Of a DNA stretch of 64,000 nucleotides, positions 11,006 through 35,526 are shown piece by piece. The notes beneath the pieces are model-generated. The model was not told the DNA's origin. It saw only the letters and a list, made by a program, of their open reading frames with translations, and did not search any database. A program made the position numbers and the translations under genes. Position 1 is the first letter of the stretch, and every line of letters begins with the position of its first letter. Source of the DNA: Leucoraja erinacea (lineage: Eukaryota); contig NC_073402.1 of assembly GCF_028641065.1 (NCBI RefSeq), forward strand, positions 21,576,001 through 21,640,000, given 5' to 3'.

Positions 11006-11049
11006 GTATAGTGTTGCTCAGGAATAACAGTCAATATTTACAGGCGGTT

Positions 11050-11465
11050 ACTATTCGGAGAAGGGCATCAAGTGCTGTCAGATGTCAAATGCTGTTGGAA
11101 GTACACAAACTTCGGGAAAGACGCCCTTTGGTTTGCCCAAAACCTATTGATGTCCCCAGCACAGCAAGTTGTCAGTCAAGGAATGTTGCCGACTAGCCCA
11201 TTCCAGACTGTAGGAGTAGATGCCAAAAAGAGGCACTGAAGGCAACTTGTGCAGCCAACACAAAGGCTCTGCGGGGGAGGACCAGGCGTGTGTCCTCCGT
11301 CTGCTGGACATTGAAGGGCAAAGGAGAAGAACACATTCCAGCAAGGGTAGCAAATACACCCAAGGGGACCACAAGTGACAAGCATGAACACAATGGAATA
11401 CGACACTTTTGAAATTTTTGTTTTGAATATATTTTTATTCTGAATAAAGTTTATTTTTGAAATAA
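11050..11465 (+). mobile_element. Tx1/L1-clade LINE 3' fragment
   Basis: Degenerate KDALWFAQNLL..KECCRLAHSRL C-terminus; ends TGAATAAAGTTTATTTTTGAAATAA. Confidence 0.6.
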
Positions 11466-11627
11466 GAGAAAACAGCCTAGATGTTGCTGAGAAGTCTGGC
11501 TCCAAAAGCCAGCCCTCATGTTGGAAACCTCCATTGGGAAGATCAGAGCCGATCTGAAACTCAGCAACAGACCCTCAAAGCTAAAAGCTGCTTAAAACGC
11601 TGCTACAGCTAGCCGCTAACATCCAAA

Positions 11628-11776
11628 ACAGCACAATGGCTAAGAGTTCGGCTGGCGAATTCCGGTTCAACAGCTACCCGGCGGCAGGCTAACGCATGTG
11701 TCTCCCTTTCAAGGGAATGCTTTTCCTTGTAGATGTCACTGAAATGACAATATGAATCATTTCATTTTCTTTCATT
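11628..11776 (+). mobile_element. Deleted copy of the tRNA/CORE-like SINE seen at 40310
   Basis: Shares GCACAATGG-CTAAGAGTTCGGCTGGCGA and TGTGTCTCCCTTTCAAGGGA with 40310-40577. Confidence 0.65.
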
Positions 11777-12696
11777 TCAAAGCATGAAAGTCCAGAAATT
11801 GCCCAGCATGTAAATCAGCAATGGCCCATAAACATACATTACAGAAGAGGCCATGAATAAAAATCTACAAAAAGATCCTTTAAAGGGTATCAATATTTTG
11901 GTAAGTACAGAGAGGGATGAAGGTAAATATTAGCTACTTTATTTTTTTTAATTATTCGAGTTTCAACTTTGTTGTAGAACAATATGAACAATGTACACAT
12001 GTATTACATTTTCTTATTTTTACATCTTTTATAATGTCAAAGCCCCAGCCATTCGGAACGGTCAAATATTTTGATATCATTGACAGCGAATTAATCTGGA
12101 GACATTGATTTGAGTGGAAACATGGATTTGAGCATTGTCACAGACTTTCTCCGACACATTTTGTACGTGGTTCGGCCTTTTCCCATCCATGTATCAAATT
12201 TATGTCACAGAATGCTTTAAGCACCAAGGATCAAGCTGTCTTCACCCAGAAACTGCAGGATTTCCCCAAAGGATGGAACATTAGAAAACATGAATGGCTC
12301 ATTGCAGTGAAAATTTTTACCCATTAACTCTTCAACCTGTGGAAAAGAATCACTGATAGCCGAGAACACCATCAGTAAACTTCAATTTATTTTATTGAAA
12401 ATGACAGAAAATTACAGATTTACAGAATTTTTAACTTTTGTCTCGTGCATAGTGATTTGCTTTGCAATTTTTTTTATTAGTAATGGTGATGAACCAGCAT
12501 TCACAACACAGAACACAAGTATGCACCTATTTTCTATGTTTCTATGTATGTTTCTAAGTGTGATCTTTATTTAATCACTTGTTTCTACTGTCTGGTCCTT
12601 CAGAACACTTTAGGATTGAGCAATAGTAGAAAAGCAAAATATCTCTCCCTGACTGAGTCTATAATAGTCACTCAGAGAACAAAATCTTCTGCATTT

Positions 12697-13155
12697 AGAC
12701 AATAGATGCAGGAGTAGCCATTCGGCCCTTCGAGCCAGCACCGCCATTCAATGTGATCATGGCTGATCATCCCCAATCAGTACCCCATTCCTGCCTTCTC
12801 CCCATATCCCTGACTCCGCTATCTTTAAGAGCCCTATCTAGCTCTCTCTTTAAAGCATCCAGAGAACCAGCCTCCACCGCCCTCTGAGGCAAGAATTCCA
12901 CAGACTCACAACACTCTGTGAGAAAAAGTGTTTCCTCGTCTCCGTATCTAAATGGCTTACCCCTTATTCTTAAACTGTGGCCCCTGGTTCTGGACTCCCC
13001 CAGTATCAGGAACACGCTTCCTGCCTCTAACATGTCCAAACCCTTAACAATCTTATATGTTTCAATAAGATCCCTTCTCATCCTTCTAAACTCTAAAGTG
13101 TACAAGCTCAGCCGCTCCATTCTCTCAGCACATGACAGTCCCGCCATCCTGGGAA
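12697..13155 (-). mobile_element. CR1 LINE 3' fragment
   Basis: ORF 12767..13147 (L.LYTLEFRRMR.DLIETYKI..SRTRGHSLRIRG) plus CR1 3' hairpin GGCTCGAAGGGCCGAATGG. Confidence 0.88.
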
Positions 13156-13573
13156 TTTGTTATTTCTAAATGAAAAACATTTAAGTGACTGACATTTGGT
13201 CTATCAATAAGAACTGGAAGCAAATGCATCTGGGTTGAGTCCCACAATAAAAACTGCACATAATACAAACTCCACATTTAACCAAGACTATTACTATTAA
13301 CTGTTTCAAGATAAAACATATAGTCTATGTTAAGTTCATCCTACTTATTTTGTAATAAACCATCTTCACATATAAAAACAGTATGTCTCCAAACAATCGC
13401 TTGATTTTCCACAATAGTGAGATCCAAGCATCCATTGGGATTGTAATTGAGTTTTTGTTTAATTAAATCTGAATTGAAATAGAACTCCAAATTGTAAGTC
13501 AGTCCCCCATAATATTATGAAATGTTTTAGCGTTGTTTTATTTTTGGCTGGAGAACATGGATGGGTGATGTTT

Positions 13574-13825
13574 TAGAAACATAGAAACATAGAAATTAGG
13601 TGCAGGAGTAGGCCATTCGGCCCTTCGAGCCTGCACCGCCATTCAATATGATCATGGCTGATCATCCAACTCAGTATCCCGTACCTGCCTTCTCTCCATA
13701 CCCCCTGATCCCCTTAGCCACAAGGGTCACATCTAACTCCCTCTTAAATATAGCCAATGAACTGGCCTCAACTACCCTCTGTGGCAGAGAGTTCCAGAGA
13801 TTCACCACTCTCTGTGTGAAAATGT
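13574..13825 (-). mobile_element. CR1 LINE 3' fragment
   Basis: (TTTCTATG)n tail and CR1 3' UTR. Confidence 0.8.
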
Positions 13826-13859
13826 TTTGTGTGGGGATTGCTCTTAATCAGACTGATTA

Positions 13860-13992
13860 GTCTGAAGAAGGGTCCCGACCCAAAACGTTACCTATCCATG
13901 TTCTCCAGAGATGCTGCCTGACCTGCTGAGTTACTCCAGCATTTTGAGTCTTTCCTTGGTAACCCAGCATCTCCGGTTCCTTGTTCCTACGT
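13860..13992 (+). mobile_element. Penelope-derived mini-element
   Basis: GTCTGAAGAAGGGTCCCGACCC...CAGCATCT-CAGTTCC consensus. Confidence 0.75.
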
Positions 13993-15819
13993 TACTTCCT
14001 GCTTCTATATTCTAATCAACTTATAGTGAACAGGTTCCATATTTACAGAAGAATGCATCATAATTTCACCACATACTTGGAAACTTTTATAGCACATTGA
14101 GAAATGCACGGAAATCCTACTTAATATTTGTATCATACTTTGATGAGAACTTTCTACTGTGAGGCATAAAAAGAGCACTATACTGGCAGTCAATGAATCA
14201 GCTAATAGGTGCCGAAATGAGACACCTGTTCAACAATAGTTAAATTAGAAAGTGGTTGATAACTACTGGACTATGTATTAACAGCAGTTAAACAGCAACA
14301 TTCATTTTAGTTTAATCTCCCATCTCCTTACTATACTTGTTGCCATCCATAATCCATCATTGAAATTCACTTGGTTCTAGTCATTCATTTTAATAAACAA
14401 TTTAATTCCAGGCGTGTTAACAAAAAGACAAGTGGTCGCTATTTGAAAAGAAAGGCTTTGCTCCTTCCACAGAGACCCACCCAGAAACCAGTAATTCGGT
14501 ACCAATGGGTGGAAAAACTCTTTAGCCGACTAAAGCATCGCCTCATGGGGTGATTTCATGCTACTTGCATGATACAATGACCACGATTTGCCAATAACCA
14601 TTATACAATTGGAGCTGGATACTTTTTGACAAGTGGCCTGCGCAGCTTCTTTTGGAGCAGGAAGAGAAATGTCAACATTAGAAGATGCTATTGAACGCTC
14701 ATCATGGGGAAAATATATTAATTTTCATCTTCTCAATCCAAAGTTAATAAATAAAGGAAAACATTGTATATAACCCATCCCTAAGTTGAAGAGATGCAGT
14801 TCTTTTGACCCAGGTGTTATTTTGATGGTAAATTAAGAATTGGGTTTCAATGTGAAAAGTGATGAAAGATAATAAAACTATGCATCAAGAATATTGTTTT
14901 GTTTTGATAAATTAATATACAAACTATTAAGTGTAAATTAATAAATGTAATATAAACTATTAAATGTAAGTTTCTATACATTTGCAGATTCTTGGATTTT
15001 AAATAAATTAGGATTCAAATATATGCCTTCCACCTGGGGCTGCTGCATTTCACTTTCTCTTTTGACTTCATATTGAACATTTTGACTTAGAACTATTTTT
15101 TCTACTAAAGTCTATATCATATAATAGTACAACCCATAGTTTTATATTTATTGGAAACCCAAGTAAGCAATTTAATTGATATATCTCCTACATAGTGCCC
15201 TGCTGCACTTTCATCAAAGAAGGTTCCCGACCCGACACATCACTTATCCATGTTCTCCAGGGATGCTGCCTGCCCCGCTGAGTTACTCCACCAATTTGTC
15301 TTTTTTTTTAAAAATATATAAACCAGCATCTGCAGTTCCTTGCATTTTCAATTTCTGCATTTCATTGCATTTGATTTGAATCGTCACCAACTTCAAAGCC
15401 ATTTAAGAGGGCAGAATTCACATCTCTACAGATATAAAATGTTAACCTTCAATTTTATCCAATAAACAATTAGCTCAAGTTTCTGATCAACATTAGTGCA
15501 CTTAGTACCTGTACAACACAGCTAACTAGGAGGTTCCTAGATGAAATCAGTATTGATGATGCAAACAATGGTATTCTTTGAAAATGTAATCTCAAAATAT
15601 TATTTAAACAATGCATGCAATGGAAATGTTATCGATCTGCAAGCTGTAACCAAGCAGACTAAACAACGTAGTGTATTAATTTTTGCCATCAAATCACATC
15701 CATATCTCATCTACGGATTTGGAATCCTCACTATTGCACAGCAAAATACTATTTAAGCAAGGCTACAATTTAACTAAAAGGATGCAGAACTAATTTAGAT
15801 ACTTAACAGAATAATTTGT

Positions 15820-16867
15820 GAAGTGGAAAAAATAAACAGATTTATTTTTTGAAAATATAATGAAACATAATTTGCTTTACCTCCTCTAAAGAACCTTTAA
15901 TATGCTTCTTAAAAAAAAAATCAACATTTTCAAACATCTTTCGTCAAGTCATGGCCTACCATTTGCTACAAGAAATAAATAAATATACACTTCCCACTTC
16001 ACAAAATATCAGCGTCAACACTGTCATAACAACAAAAGGTCCGCTGGAAAGAGAGATTCTGAGCAAATTAAGAAATCAGCATTATCTTCCAAAATGTATA
16101 GGAAGTGAAATTGTAAACATTCCAGACCAGCAACACAAGGAGAAACAAAATCACATCACAGTCAAAATCTAAACAGTGGTAATGTATTTAGGTCTCTTTT
16201 GAACAATGGTGCAAATGTTTGCCATTCTAGTATGGGAAGCAGATAAAGTTTGGAACCCAAAACATGCATCCATTTTTGAAATACTCTGTACATCCACAGA
16301 ACATATTTGCAAAGTTTCTGCTTGATCACTTCACAGAGGTTTTCCCACAGTACGTCATTAAGTGCTAAACAGCATGACATCCATCAGTGTCAAAGTGAAA
16401 CATGTATTAAAATCACACAAACAAATGTTCGTAATCAGAATTATGTTTGTGATGCGACGTGGCAACCATTCTGACCAGCCTTGAAGGTAACAACCTTGGG
16501 AAGGAGGTGAGAGGAAAGAAGCAATGGAGCCAACATTGGTAACATTAAGTTTGTGGGCATCGGGAAAACATTGAAAGAATCAAATTATATTTTTTGATAA
16601 TCCAAAACAAATACGCAAATTTTAAATACAGATAATTCAAAAAACAAACTCTCATACAAGACCTCAAATAAGTGAAAGTGCACAAGCAATGGAACTTCAG
16701 TCTAAAGGAGTCCCTTTAGGTTAATTCCATGACTTATAAATTGCTTTCCATTTCTGCACTTTAAAAGGTCAATTTTTTTTCCAATAAAGTAAATTTGCAC
16801 TGCAACGATCTATATAATTGACAGAATATCTACAGCGTCTTACTGTCCAGTAAAATACTTAGAAATG
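15820..16867 (-). other. TRAPPC3: Probable TRAPPC3 3' UTR (3' end uncertain)
   Basis: AT-rich sequence with no recognisable repeats follows the stop. AATAAA on the minus strand at 15841-15846 is a candidate poly(A) signal. Confidence 0.4.
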
Positions 16868-28154
<11,287 letters not shown>

Positions 28155-28440
28155 TTTTCCTGCAAATTCGCGATTTCCAACCGCCTCTTCGATTCTCGCT
28201 TCAGAAACCTGACGGCCGGACTCGGAACTCCAAATACGCATGCGCGTAACCTTCGTCCCTGCTCTGGGGATTGTAGTCCCGGCTCCCGGAAATGGCCATC
28301 CGCTCACCGGGACTGTTGGGGGATAGAGACTACAAGGACCAGAATCCACCGCGACACCGTAATGGCGCACGACGGGGGGACTACAACGCCCAGAATCCCG
28401 CACCACACGTGACCATTGTAATCATGGGTCATGATTGGAG
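28155..28440 (-). promoter_or_regulatory. TRAPPC3: TRAPPC3 CpG-rich promoter / 5' UTR
   Basis: Local CpG enrichment. NRF1-like ACGCATGCGC at 28236-28245. ZNF143/SBS-like GACTACA-N-CCCAG motifs at 28261-28280 (minus), 28328-28347 and 28379-28398. ETS-like CCGGAAAT at 28286-28293. E-box CACGTGAC at 28406-28413. CCAAT (minus) at 28434-28438. Confidence 0.8.
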
Positions 28441-28544
28441 GGCAAATAGATGGCTGAAAAAGATAGGGAGGGTTGTGAAACAAAATTGATGAACTATCAA
28501 GCAGAAAGGGCTAGAAGTGTTGAGAAGATGTTTGTAGGGAACAA

Positions 28545-28766
28545 GTGTGTAGGAAGGAACTACAGATGCTGGTTTAAATCGAAGATAGACACAAAAAGCT
28601 GGAGTAAATCAGCAGGACACGCAGCATCTCTGGAGAGAAGGAAATGTTTCGGGTTGAGACCTTTCTTCAGACCCAATCCTTCTCTTCAGATATGCTACCT
28701 GTCCCGCTGAGTTATTTTGTGTCTATCTTCGATTTAAATCAGCATCTGCAATTCCTTCCTACACAA
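28545..28766. mobile_element. Penelope-derived inverted mini-element
   Basis: Inverted repeat of the mini-element consensus with tails at both ends. Confidence 0.72.
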
Positions 28767-29284
28767 TGTAGGTCGAAGACTAGCGATTCAGGAGTTGTTA
28801 TTTCATAAGATCATAAATGATAGGAGTAGAATTAGGCCATTCAGCCCATCAAGTCTACTCCACCATCCAATCATGGCTGATGTATCTCTCCCTCCTAACC
28901 CCCATTCTCCTGCCTTCTCCCCATAACCTCTGGCACCCAAACAAATAATTTCTCATTTGTGATGAGAACTGGAATAATGAAAGTTTTGTTTTAGAGATGG
29001 AGCATGGAAACAGGCCCTACCACCCGCCGAGTCTACTCCAGCGATCGATCACTTAGTTTACACTTAGTTCTATCTTATCCCACTTTCACGTTCACTCTCT
29101 GCAATTTACAGTAATCTACAAACCCGCACCCCTTTGGGATGTGGGGGGAAACCAGAACACATGGTCACAGGGAGAACATGCAAACACCACACTGACAGCA
29201 CCCGAGGTCAGGATCAAACCAAGGTCTCTGGTGCTATGAGATCTTGTTAGTGTTTATAGCGAGATACTTGTACTCTGACACACT

Positions 29285-29755
29285 TCACTACACTTTGTTC
29301 ATCCTACAATGGCAGGGTCTCGTGGTCAATTTAAAGATGGCATTGGAACTGTGTTCAGCTACACAGTCATGGGGATAAAGCAAGTCGAGCAGGAGATTGA
29401 GTACACAACCTTGAAGTGTCCCTGTGGTGATGGTCAGCGAGGAGGAGATGTTGTTGCTTAAACGTACTGGCTGATGAGGAAGTTGCATAGGGAGGAGCAG
29501 AGACCCAGTTCTATAAGTTTGGCAATGAGATTGAAAGAGATGATAGTGTTGAACGCTGAGCTGTAACCGATGACGCATGTGATCCTGTTGCCCAAGTGGG
29601 CCGCAGCAGAGTGGAGAACCAGCAAGATCACTTCCGCTGCTGATTTATTGCAGAAGTAGGTACATTGACGCAGGTCCCGGTCATGATTGATACAGTTGAT
29701 TTGTGTAACAACCAATCTTTTGAAGCACTTGAATTACTTCACAGATGTAGGTTGC
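29285..29755 (-). mobile_element. Rex1/Babar RT fragment
   Basis: YSSAFNTII and TGTLQGCVL..LY.HDCVA.HSSNAIFK. Confidence 0.75.
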
Positions 29756-30076
29756 GTTACATTCTGAGAAATTGTAGATGGGATGGAACATTTAAATTAA
29801 CATTTTTTAAACGCTGATTTAACACAATGGCTCGACTTCTTTCAGCCCAGTGTACTGCCTTGGGGAACTCTTGCAATGTTGTCAAGGGTCTGAGATAATA
29901 ACTCTTTATCTCCGACCTAATGCCAATGGCTAGACCAAGAAGTTTGGGAGCTGGCTCAGTCAGACCTGAGGTCAAGCGTGGCACGTTGGAGCAGGTATAT
30001 GTGTATGGGGGGACTGCCTTAGATATTGTATGTTCAGTGAGGCCAAAATCATGAGGAGTTGACAGTGATGGAGGGG

Positions 30077-30405
30077 GTCAAGTCAAGTCAAGTCAATTTT
30101 ATTTCTATAGCACGTTTAAAAAACAACTCTCGTTGACCAAAGTGCCTTACATTGGTACAGGTACTAACTTTATACAAACAGTGGTACATAGATCAACAAT
30201 ACATACATAAATACATACATACAGCCCTCCCTCAGAAGACCTCAAGAAAGACTTGAGAGTAAAGATAAGTTTTAAGTCTAGACTTAAAAGAGTCGATGGA
30301 GGGGGCAGTTCTGATGGGAAGAGAGATGCTGTTCCATAGCGTAGGAGCTGCAACCGCAAAAGCGCAGTCGCCCCTGAGTTTATGCCTAGACCGCGGGATG
30401 GTCAG
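30077..30405 (-). mobile_element. L2 LINE 3' fragment with (GACTT)n tail
   Basis: RSRHKLRGDCAFAVAAPTLWNS..FKSRLKTYLYS. Confidence 0.8.
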
Positions 30406-30917
30406 ATGGTGTGGGGAGTGAATTGACGGGATCAGCACCAAAATATGGATGCTGGCAGTTGAGAAACAGTAACAAAATGAAGGTGTTGAGTTGGAAACGT
30501 GGGGCAAATGTGGTGAAAATGCTTCACTCTTGGAATGAGCAAAGACATCAACAATTTCTTCACTCATCAGCTACCTTCCAGTTTTGGCACCACAAGACAA
30601 GGCCAAGTTTTCCTGAGAGTGCTTTTCAATTACTTCACTACCTTGCCAGAGTGACTTGAGCTCCCCTACAATGCTCTGAAAGTAACAGTCTCCAAGAATA
30701 ATAACACCGTCTGCATCCCAGAAGCAGTGTTGGAGTGGCAAGGGTAACGCCCAGTGAAATGTACCCAACCAAACTTCTCAGATGCAGCGAAATTATTTGG
30801 AAATGGTTGCAGAATACTTTTTACTCCGGGTGAAAGTGATTTTCAATTTTAAAGCCTCAAAATGGAAAATAATATTGTGGCTAGAAATTTGATTGAAATG
30901 GAACTGAAGTGCAAATT

Positions 30918-31078
30918 ATAGACACAAAATGCTGGAGTAAGTCAGCGGTGCAGGCAGCATCTCTGGAGAGAAGGAATGGGTGACGTTTCGGGTTGAGACC
31001 CTTCTTCAGACTGAGTCACTCCAGCATTTTGTGTTTATCTTCAGTTTAAACAAGCAACTGCAGTTCCTTCCCACACAT
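30918..31078. mobile_element. Penelope-derived mini-element with a near-intact hammerhead-like core (minus strand, 30978-31011)
   Basis: Minus strand GTCTGAAGAAGGGTCTCAACCCGAAACGTCACCC; imperfect TSD TGAAGTRCARATYA. Confidence 0.78.
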
Positions 31079-32086
31079 GAAGTACAGATCACAGGATAAT
31101 CTCTGGTTTCTTCATGTGTCGCAATGATGTGTGGGTTGGTAGGTTAAATGGCATAAAAACTGCAGCTAATGTAATTGGGCAGTTGATAGGATTGTGGAAA
31201 GAATAAACAGGATGAGACTAAATGGATGCTTGAAGCTTGGCGAAGACATTTGGGCTAAAGGCTATTTGGCCCTGTGCCCCATTTGGCTCCATCCGTGCTG
31301 TATGGCTCCATCACTTAAGTTTTATTTCATATTCCCAACAGCACATGACTGCAGATGACTTTTATCCCAATATCCATTTTAACAAATAAAAGCACCTGCA
31401 TATCAGAACGGGTTTCCACAACTTTCACAGTTTACATAACATACACTTTTTTGCACCACAAATCTACCTGTTCCACCACAGAATCATTCAACAAGGTGTC
31501 AATTCACCAGTGCCAGCTGCTTAAAAAGAGCTTTCTGTTCATTCCACACCAAAGCTTTATCCTCCATAATCTTGCAAATTAATCCTAGCCATTTGCATGT
31601 ACAATTGACTTTGACTTTAACAGTTTCAGTGAATCTACTTCCACCATCCTTTCAGGCAAAGACATCAGACCTTAATAATCTTATTTATTTATTTTTTAAA
31701 TATTTTTATTAGAAATAAGTACATAATAATAACATTTCATGTATATCAGTCATACATTGCTAATATTATCAATTATTTAATGACTGCTATTTTTTTATAA
31801 AGCATAGCAGAATCCAAGCCAGAGCAGTAATAAACCTAAAAGTAAACCAAGCCAGAGCAGAATTCCTCTACCTGCGGGCAGGCACCAGCACAGTGTGAGG
31901 AGACATAAATGAAGCAGCTGCTCAGGGGAATTCACTGAGATATCAACAGCTTTTCAAATGTAGTTACCCCAAGACTATTCGGCTGGATGTTGCTTTGGTG
32001 CATGCAGAGCCACTGTGGCCAGGTGCAGTCACACTGTTGCATCTTGTTCACAGAGCTCTGATTCTTTGTTACACTGTCAGAATCAA

Positions 32087-32232
32087 ATCTGATTCAGATT
32101 CAGATTCAGATTCAATTTTAATTGTCATTGTCAGTGTACAGTACAGGGACAACGAAATGCATTCAGCATCTCCCTTGAAGAGCGACATAGCAAACAATTT
32201 GAATAAAAAGCAACTGTAGCCTAATAAGCTGT

Positions 32233-32270
<38 letters not shown>

Positions 32271-32785
32271 CTGTGGGGAACTGATTGGCCGTAGCGGCCC
32301 ATCGAGGTACGGATTCCTCTTAGTTGAGGGACAGGGACACAGCGGCCGAGAAGAAGCTGTTCCTTCGACACTGCAGTGGTTCGGCAAAGGCAGAGACCTG
32401 TAACCCTCCCTATTCTCTCCTATTCTGTAGGAAAAACTAAAGACTCAAACTCCATGGTAACTGCCGGGTCGAGGAGCAGCTCGTCCTTGGCGATGCTGAG
32501 CGCCCTCCGCAGACAGCGCTTGCTTTACGCAGACTCAATGGAAAGGGAGCGTGGAACCGAAAAGTGTGATGCCAAGTTTCGGCAAAGGTTCACCACCCAG
32601 TCTGCAATGCCTTATTTAATGACTCGGAGACAGAGCAGTTGCCAGACCTCTACTGTGATGCAGTGTGAGTAAGGAAGCTGCTCTCGATGGTGCAGCGCTT
32701 TTAGAAGTTTTACCCCAGGATCTGAGGAGACAGGTGCATGCAGACCTTCTTCAGTCTCCTCAGGAAGAAGAGACGCTGATGAGCC
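32087..32785 (-). mobile_element. Rex1/Babar LINE 3' fragment with (GAATCT)n tail and a G36 run
   Basis: C-terminal RT-like coding remnants at 32400-32780; 3' end GCATTTCGTTG...AATGACAATTAAAA. Confidence 0.75.
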
Positions 32786-33329
32786 TTCAAAATCTGTGGT
32801 TATCCATCATGTTTATTTTCAAGTCACAGACTCAAAAATGTGTATTTTCTAGGCCGAATATAGTGCAACTGTGAGTAATACAGAAACAATCTGCACAAAT
32901 AGTATCATGTAATAAAAATGAACTGTAGATGCAGGTTTCTCCCAATGCTGGAGTAACTGAGCGAGTCAGGCAGCATCTCTGGGACGTTTTGGGTCAGGGC
33001 TGAAAATCAGAATTTTGTTGGAAGAAAGGTCCTGACCCGAAACATCACCTGTCCATTGTTTCCAGAGATACCGTCTGACCCATGGAGTTACTGCAGAATT
33101 TTGCACAACTAGTATAGTTGGTTTACTTTTAGGTTTATTATTGTCATATGTACCAAAGTACAGTGACAAGTCTTGTTTTGCATGCTATCCAATCAGATCA
33201 GATAATACCATGCATAAATGCAATCAAGTCAAACTCAACTACAATGTATTAGCAAAGGGGAAGATACAGAGTGCAGAATATAGTTCTCAGCATTGTAGTG
33301 CATTGCACCTACTTCATTAAAGATCTACG

Positions 33330-33511
33330 TTTAAGAAGGAACTGCAGATGCTGGAAAATCGAAGGTAGACAAAAATGGAGAAACACAGCGGGTGAGGCAG
33401 CATCTATGGAGCGAAGGAAATAGGCGACATTTCGGGTCGAGACCCTTCTTCAGACCCGAGTCAAGACTGAAGAAGGGTCTCGACCCAAAACGTCGCCTAT
33501 TTCCTTCGCTC
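33330..33511. mobile_element. Penelope-derived inverted mini-element
   Basis: Two hammerhead-like cores head-to-head (33425-33495); flanking duplication TAAAGATCTAYGT. Confidence 0.78.
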
Positions 33512-33553
33512 AATAAAGATCTATGTTCATTCTTGTGGCAATGCATTAACCAT

Positions 33554-33570
33554 ACCACTAGATGGAGCCT
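33554..33570 (+). promoter_or_regulatory. Candidate CTCF site
   Basis: ACCACTAGATGGAGCCT resembles the CTCF core. Confidence 0.4.
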
Positions 33571-33825
33571 ACAGCCTTCGAAGTCCAAGGTTAGTTGTAC
33601 TGTGTGTTCACAGCAAAGATACTAGAGGAGGCTCCACTAGTATATTTGGTTCACAGTAAGGCTCAAGTGGACGCAAGAGTGGGCACATATGCACATAGGA
33701 AGAAAGTAGCTGGGCCCAAAGTTACATGCCTACACACAAAGCCAGAGATAGGTGGATCCAAAATTAAGTGCCCACACACACACACACACCCACCCTGAGT
33801 TATCTAAGCCAAACCCATACACAGT

Positions 33826-34098
33826 ATGTTGAAGAAGGGTCTCAACACAAAATGTCACCCGTTCCTTCTCTCCAGAGATGCTGCCTGACCCGCTGAGTTA
33901 CTCCAGCATTTTGTTTCTATCTTCAGTAGAAACAAAGAACTGTAGATGCTGGTTAGTACACAAAAGGGCACAAGGTGCTGGAGTAACTCAGCAGGTGAAG
34001 TAGCAGAGAACAGTCTGAAGAAGGGTCCCGACCCAAACATCACCTTTTCATGTTCTCCAGGGATGTTTCTTGACCCACAGAGTTACACTTTGTGTCCT
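33826..34098. mobile_element. Cluster of Penelope-derived mini-elements
   Basis: Three alternating-orientation copies of the consensus. Confidence 0.7.
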
Positions 34099-34190
34099 TC
34101 CCATGCACATGTCTCTGTCTGTACACATGTGCCTTAGGTCAGGTGGCTCCAAGATCAAATGTGCACACACTGTCCCACGGTCAAGGTAAC

Positions 34191-34440
34191 TTTAGATTAG
34201 ATTAGATTTAGATTAGATTAGATTTAGATTAGATTAGATTCGTTTATTGTCATTCAGACCTTTCGGTCTGAACGAAATTTTGTTTCCCTGCAGTCATACA
34301 TATAATAAAAAATGACAAAAACACACAATCAACACAAATTTAACATCCACCACAGTGAGTTCACCAAACACCTCCTCACTGTGGTGGAAGGCAAAATCTT
34401 AAAGTCTCCGTCTCTTCCCTCTTTGTTCTCCCTCTGCGCC
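34191..34440 (-). mobile_element. 3' fragment of the unclassified retroposon seen at 43680-44583, with (ATCTA)n tail
   Basis: Reverse complement matches 44370-44570, including the TTCAGAC-n-GTCTGAA hairpin. Confidence 0.75.
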
Positions 34441-34854
34441 CACGGTGATCCAGGCTCCAGATGTTGTGACAACCTCACTATTGTTAAAATTGCATTGGCA
34501 AAGATTGAGGAATCGCTTTGGATAAGTGCAAATTAATTTTACCAACGTCATCTGTTAAAAATCCATTGCTCCCTATTTTTAAATAAGCATTCACTTCACC
34601 CCACTATTGCACTTTTTAATATATTACGCAAAGGACTGAGGGATTCTAAGCTTTATTGCCAAACGATTTTTCAGTTCAACGACAGTTGTTGCCAAGATCT
34701 GATGAAATATTTTCAAAGGTCGCATTACGTTGCCTGGGAGGAGGGTGTGTTACCAATTATGCAATTTGCAGGTTCAAATAATGCCAGTGGCATCTGGATA
34801 AGATTACAGCAGGAAGTTCACATCTCTGTTGGTGAACAATATAAGTTAAGAGCT

Positions 34855-35243
34855 CAAGATAGACACAAAAAGCTGGAGTAATTCAGCAGGTCAAACAGTG
34901 TCACTGGAGAAAAGGAATAGGTGACGTTTCTTCAGGCCCAAACCGAAATGTCACCTATTGATTTTCTCCAGAGATGCTGACTGACCATTCTTCAGTCTTT
35001 CGGCCCGAAACGTTGCCTATTTCCTTCGCTCCATAGATGCTGCTGCACACGCTGAGCTTCTCCAGCACTTTTGTCTACCTTCGATTTTCCAGCATCCGCA
35101 GTTCCTTCTTAAATTCTTCAGTCTCAACCTGAAATGCCACCTATTTATTTTATCCAGATATGCTGTCTGACCCGTTGAGTTACTCCAGCTTTTTGTGTCT
35201 ATCTTCATTTTAAACGAGCATCTGCAGTTCCTTCATACACAAC
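34855..35243. mobile_element. Nested Penelope-derived mini-elements
   Basis: Consensus copies flanked by TTAAGAGCTC duplication. Confidence 0.72.
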
Positions 35244-35526
35244 TTAAGAGCTCTCCTTTTTTTCATTGATTCTTAGGACGTGTGTGTTAGCGGCAATGCC
35301 TGGATTTTATTGGACCGGCCTAATTTCCCTTGAAGTGTTTGGTTAATTCATGATGCAGTTAAGAGTAAACCATATTACTATGAGCCTAGTATCATATACT
35401 GACCAAACTGGACATTTCTTTCTCTGGCAAAAATTAGTGAATCATAGAGGTTTATGGCATATCAGTGTTTTCATTTCTGATACCATTTTCAGTTGAGTTA
35501 CTTATCCAAGGTTCCCAACTACTTGT

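Noticed and set aside
32069-32387. Poly-proline ORFs
   Set aside because: Translation of the G36 homopolymer and the (GATTCA)n tail of a LINE.
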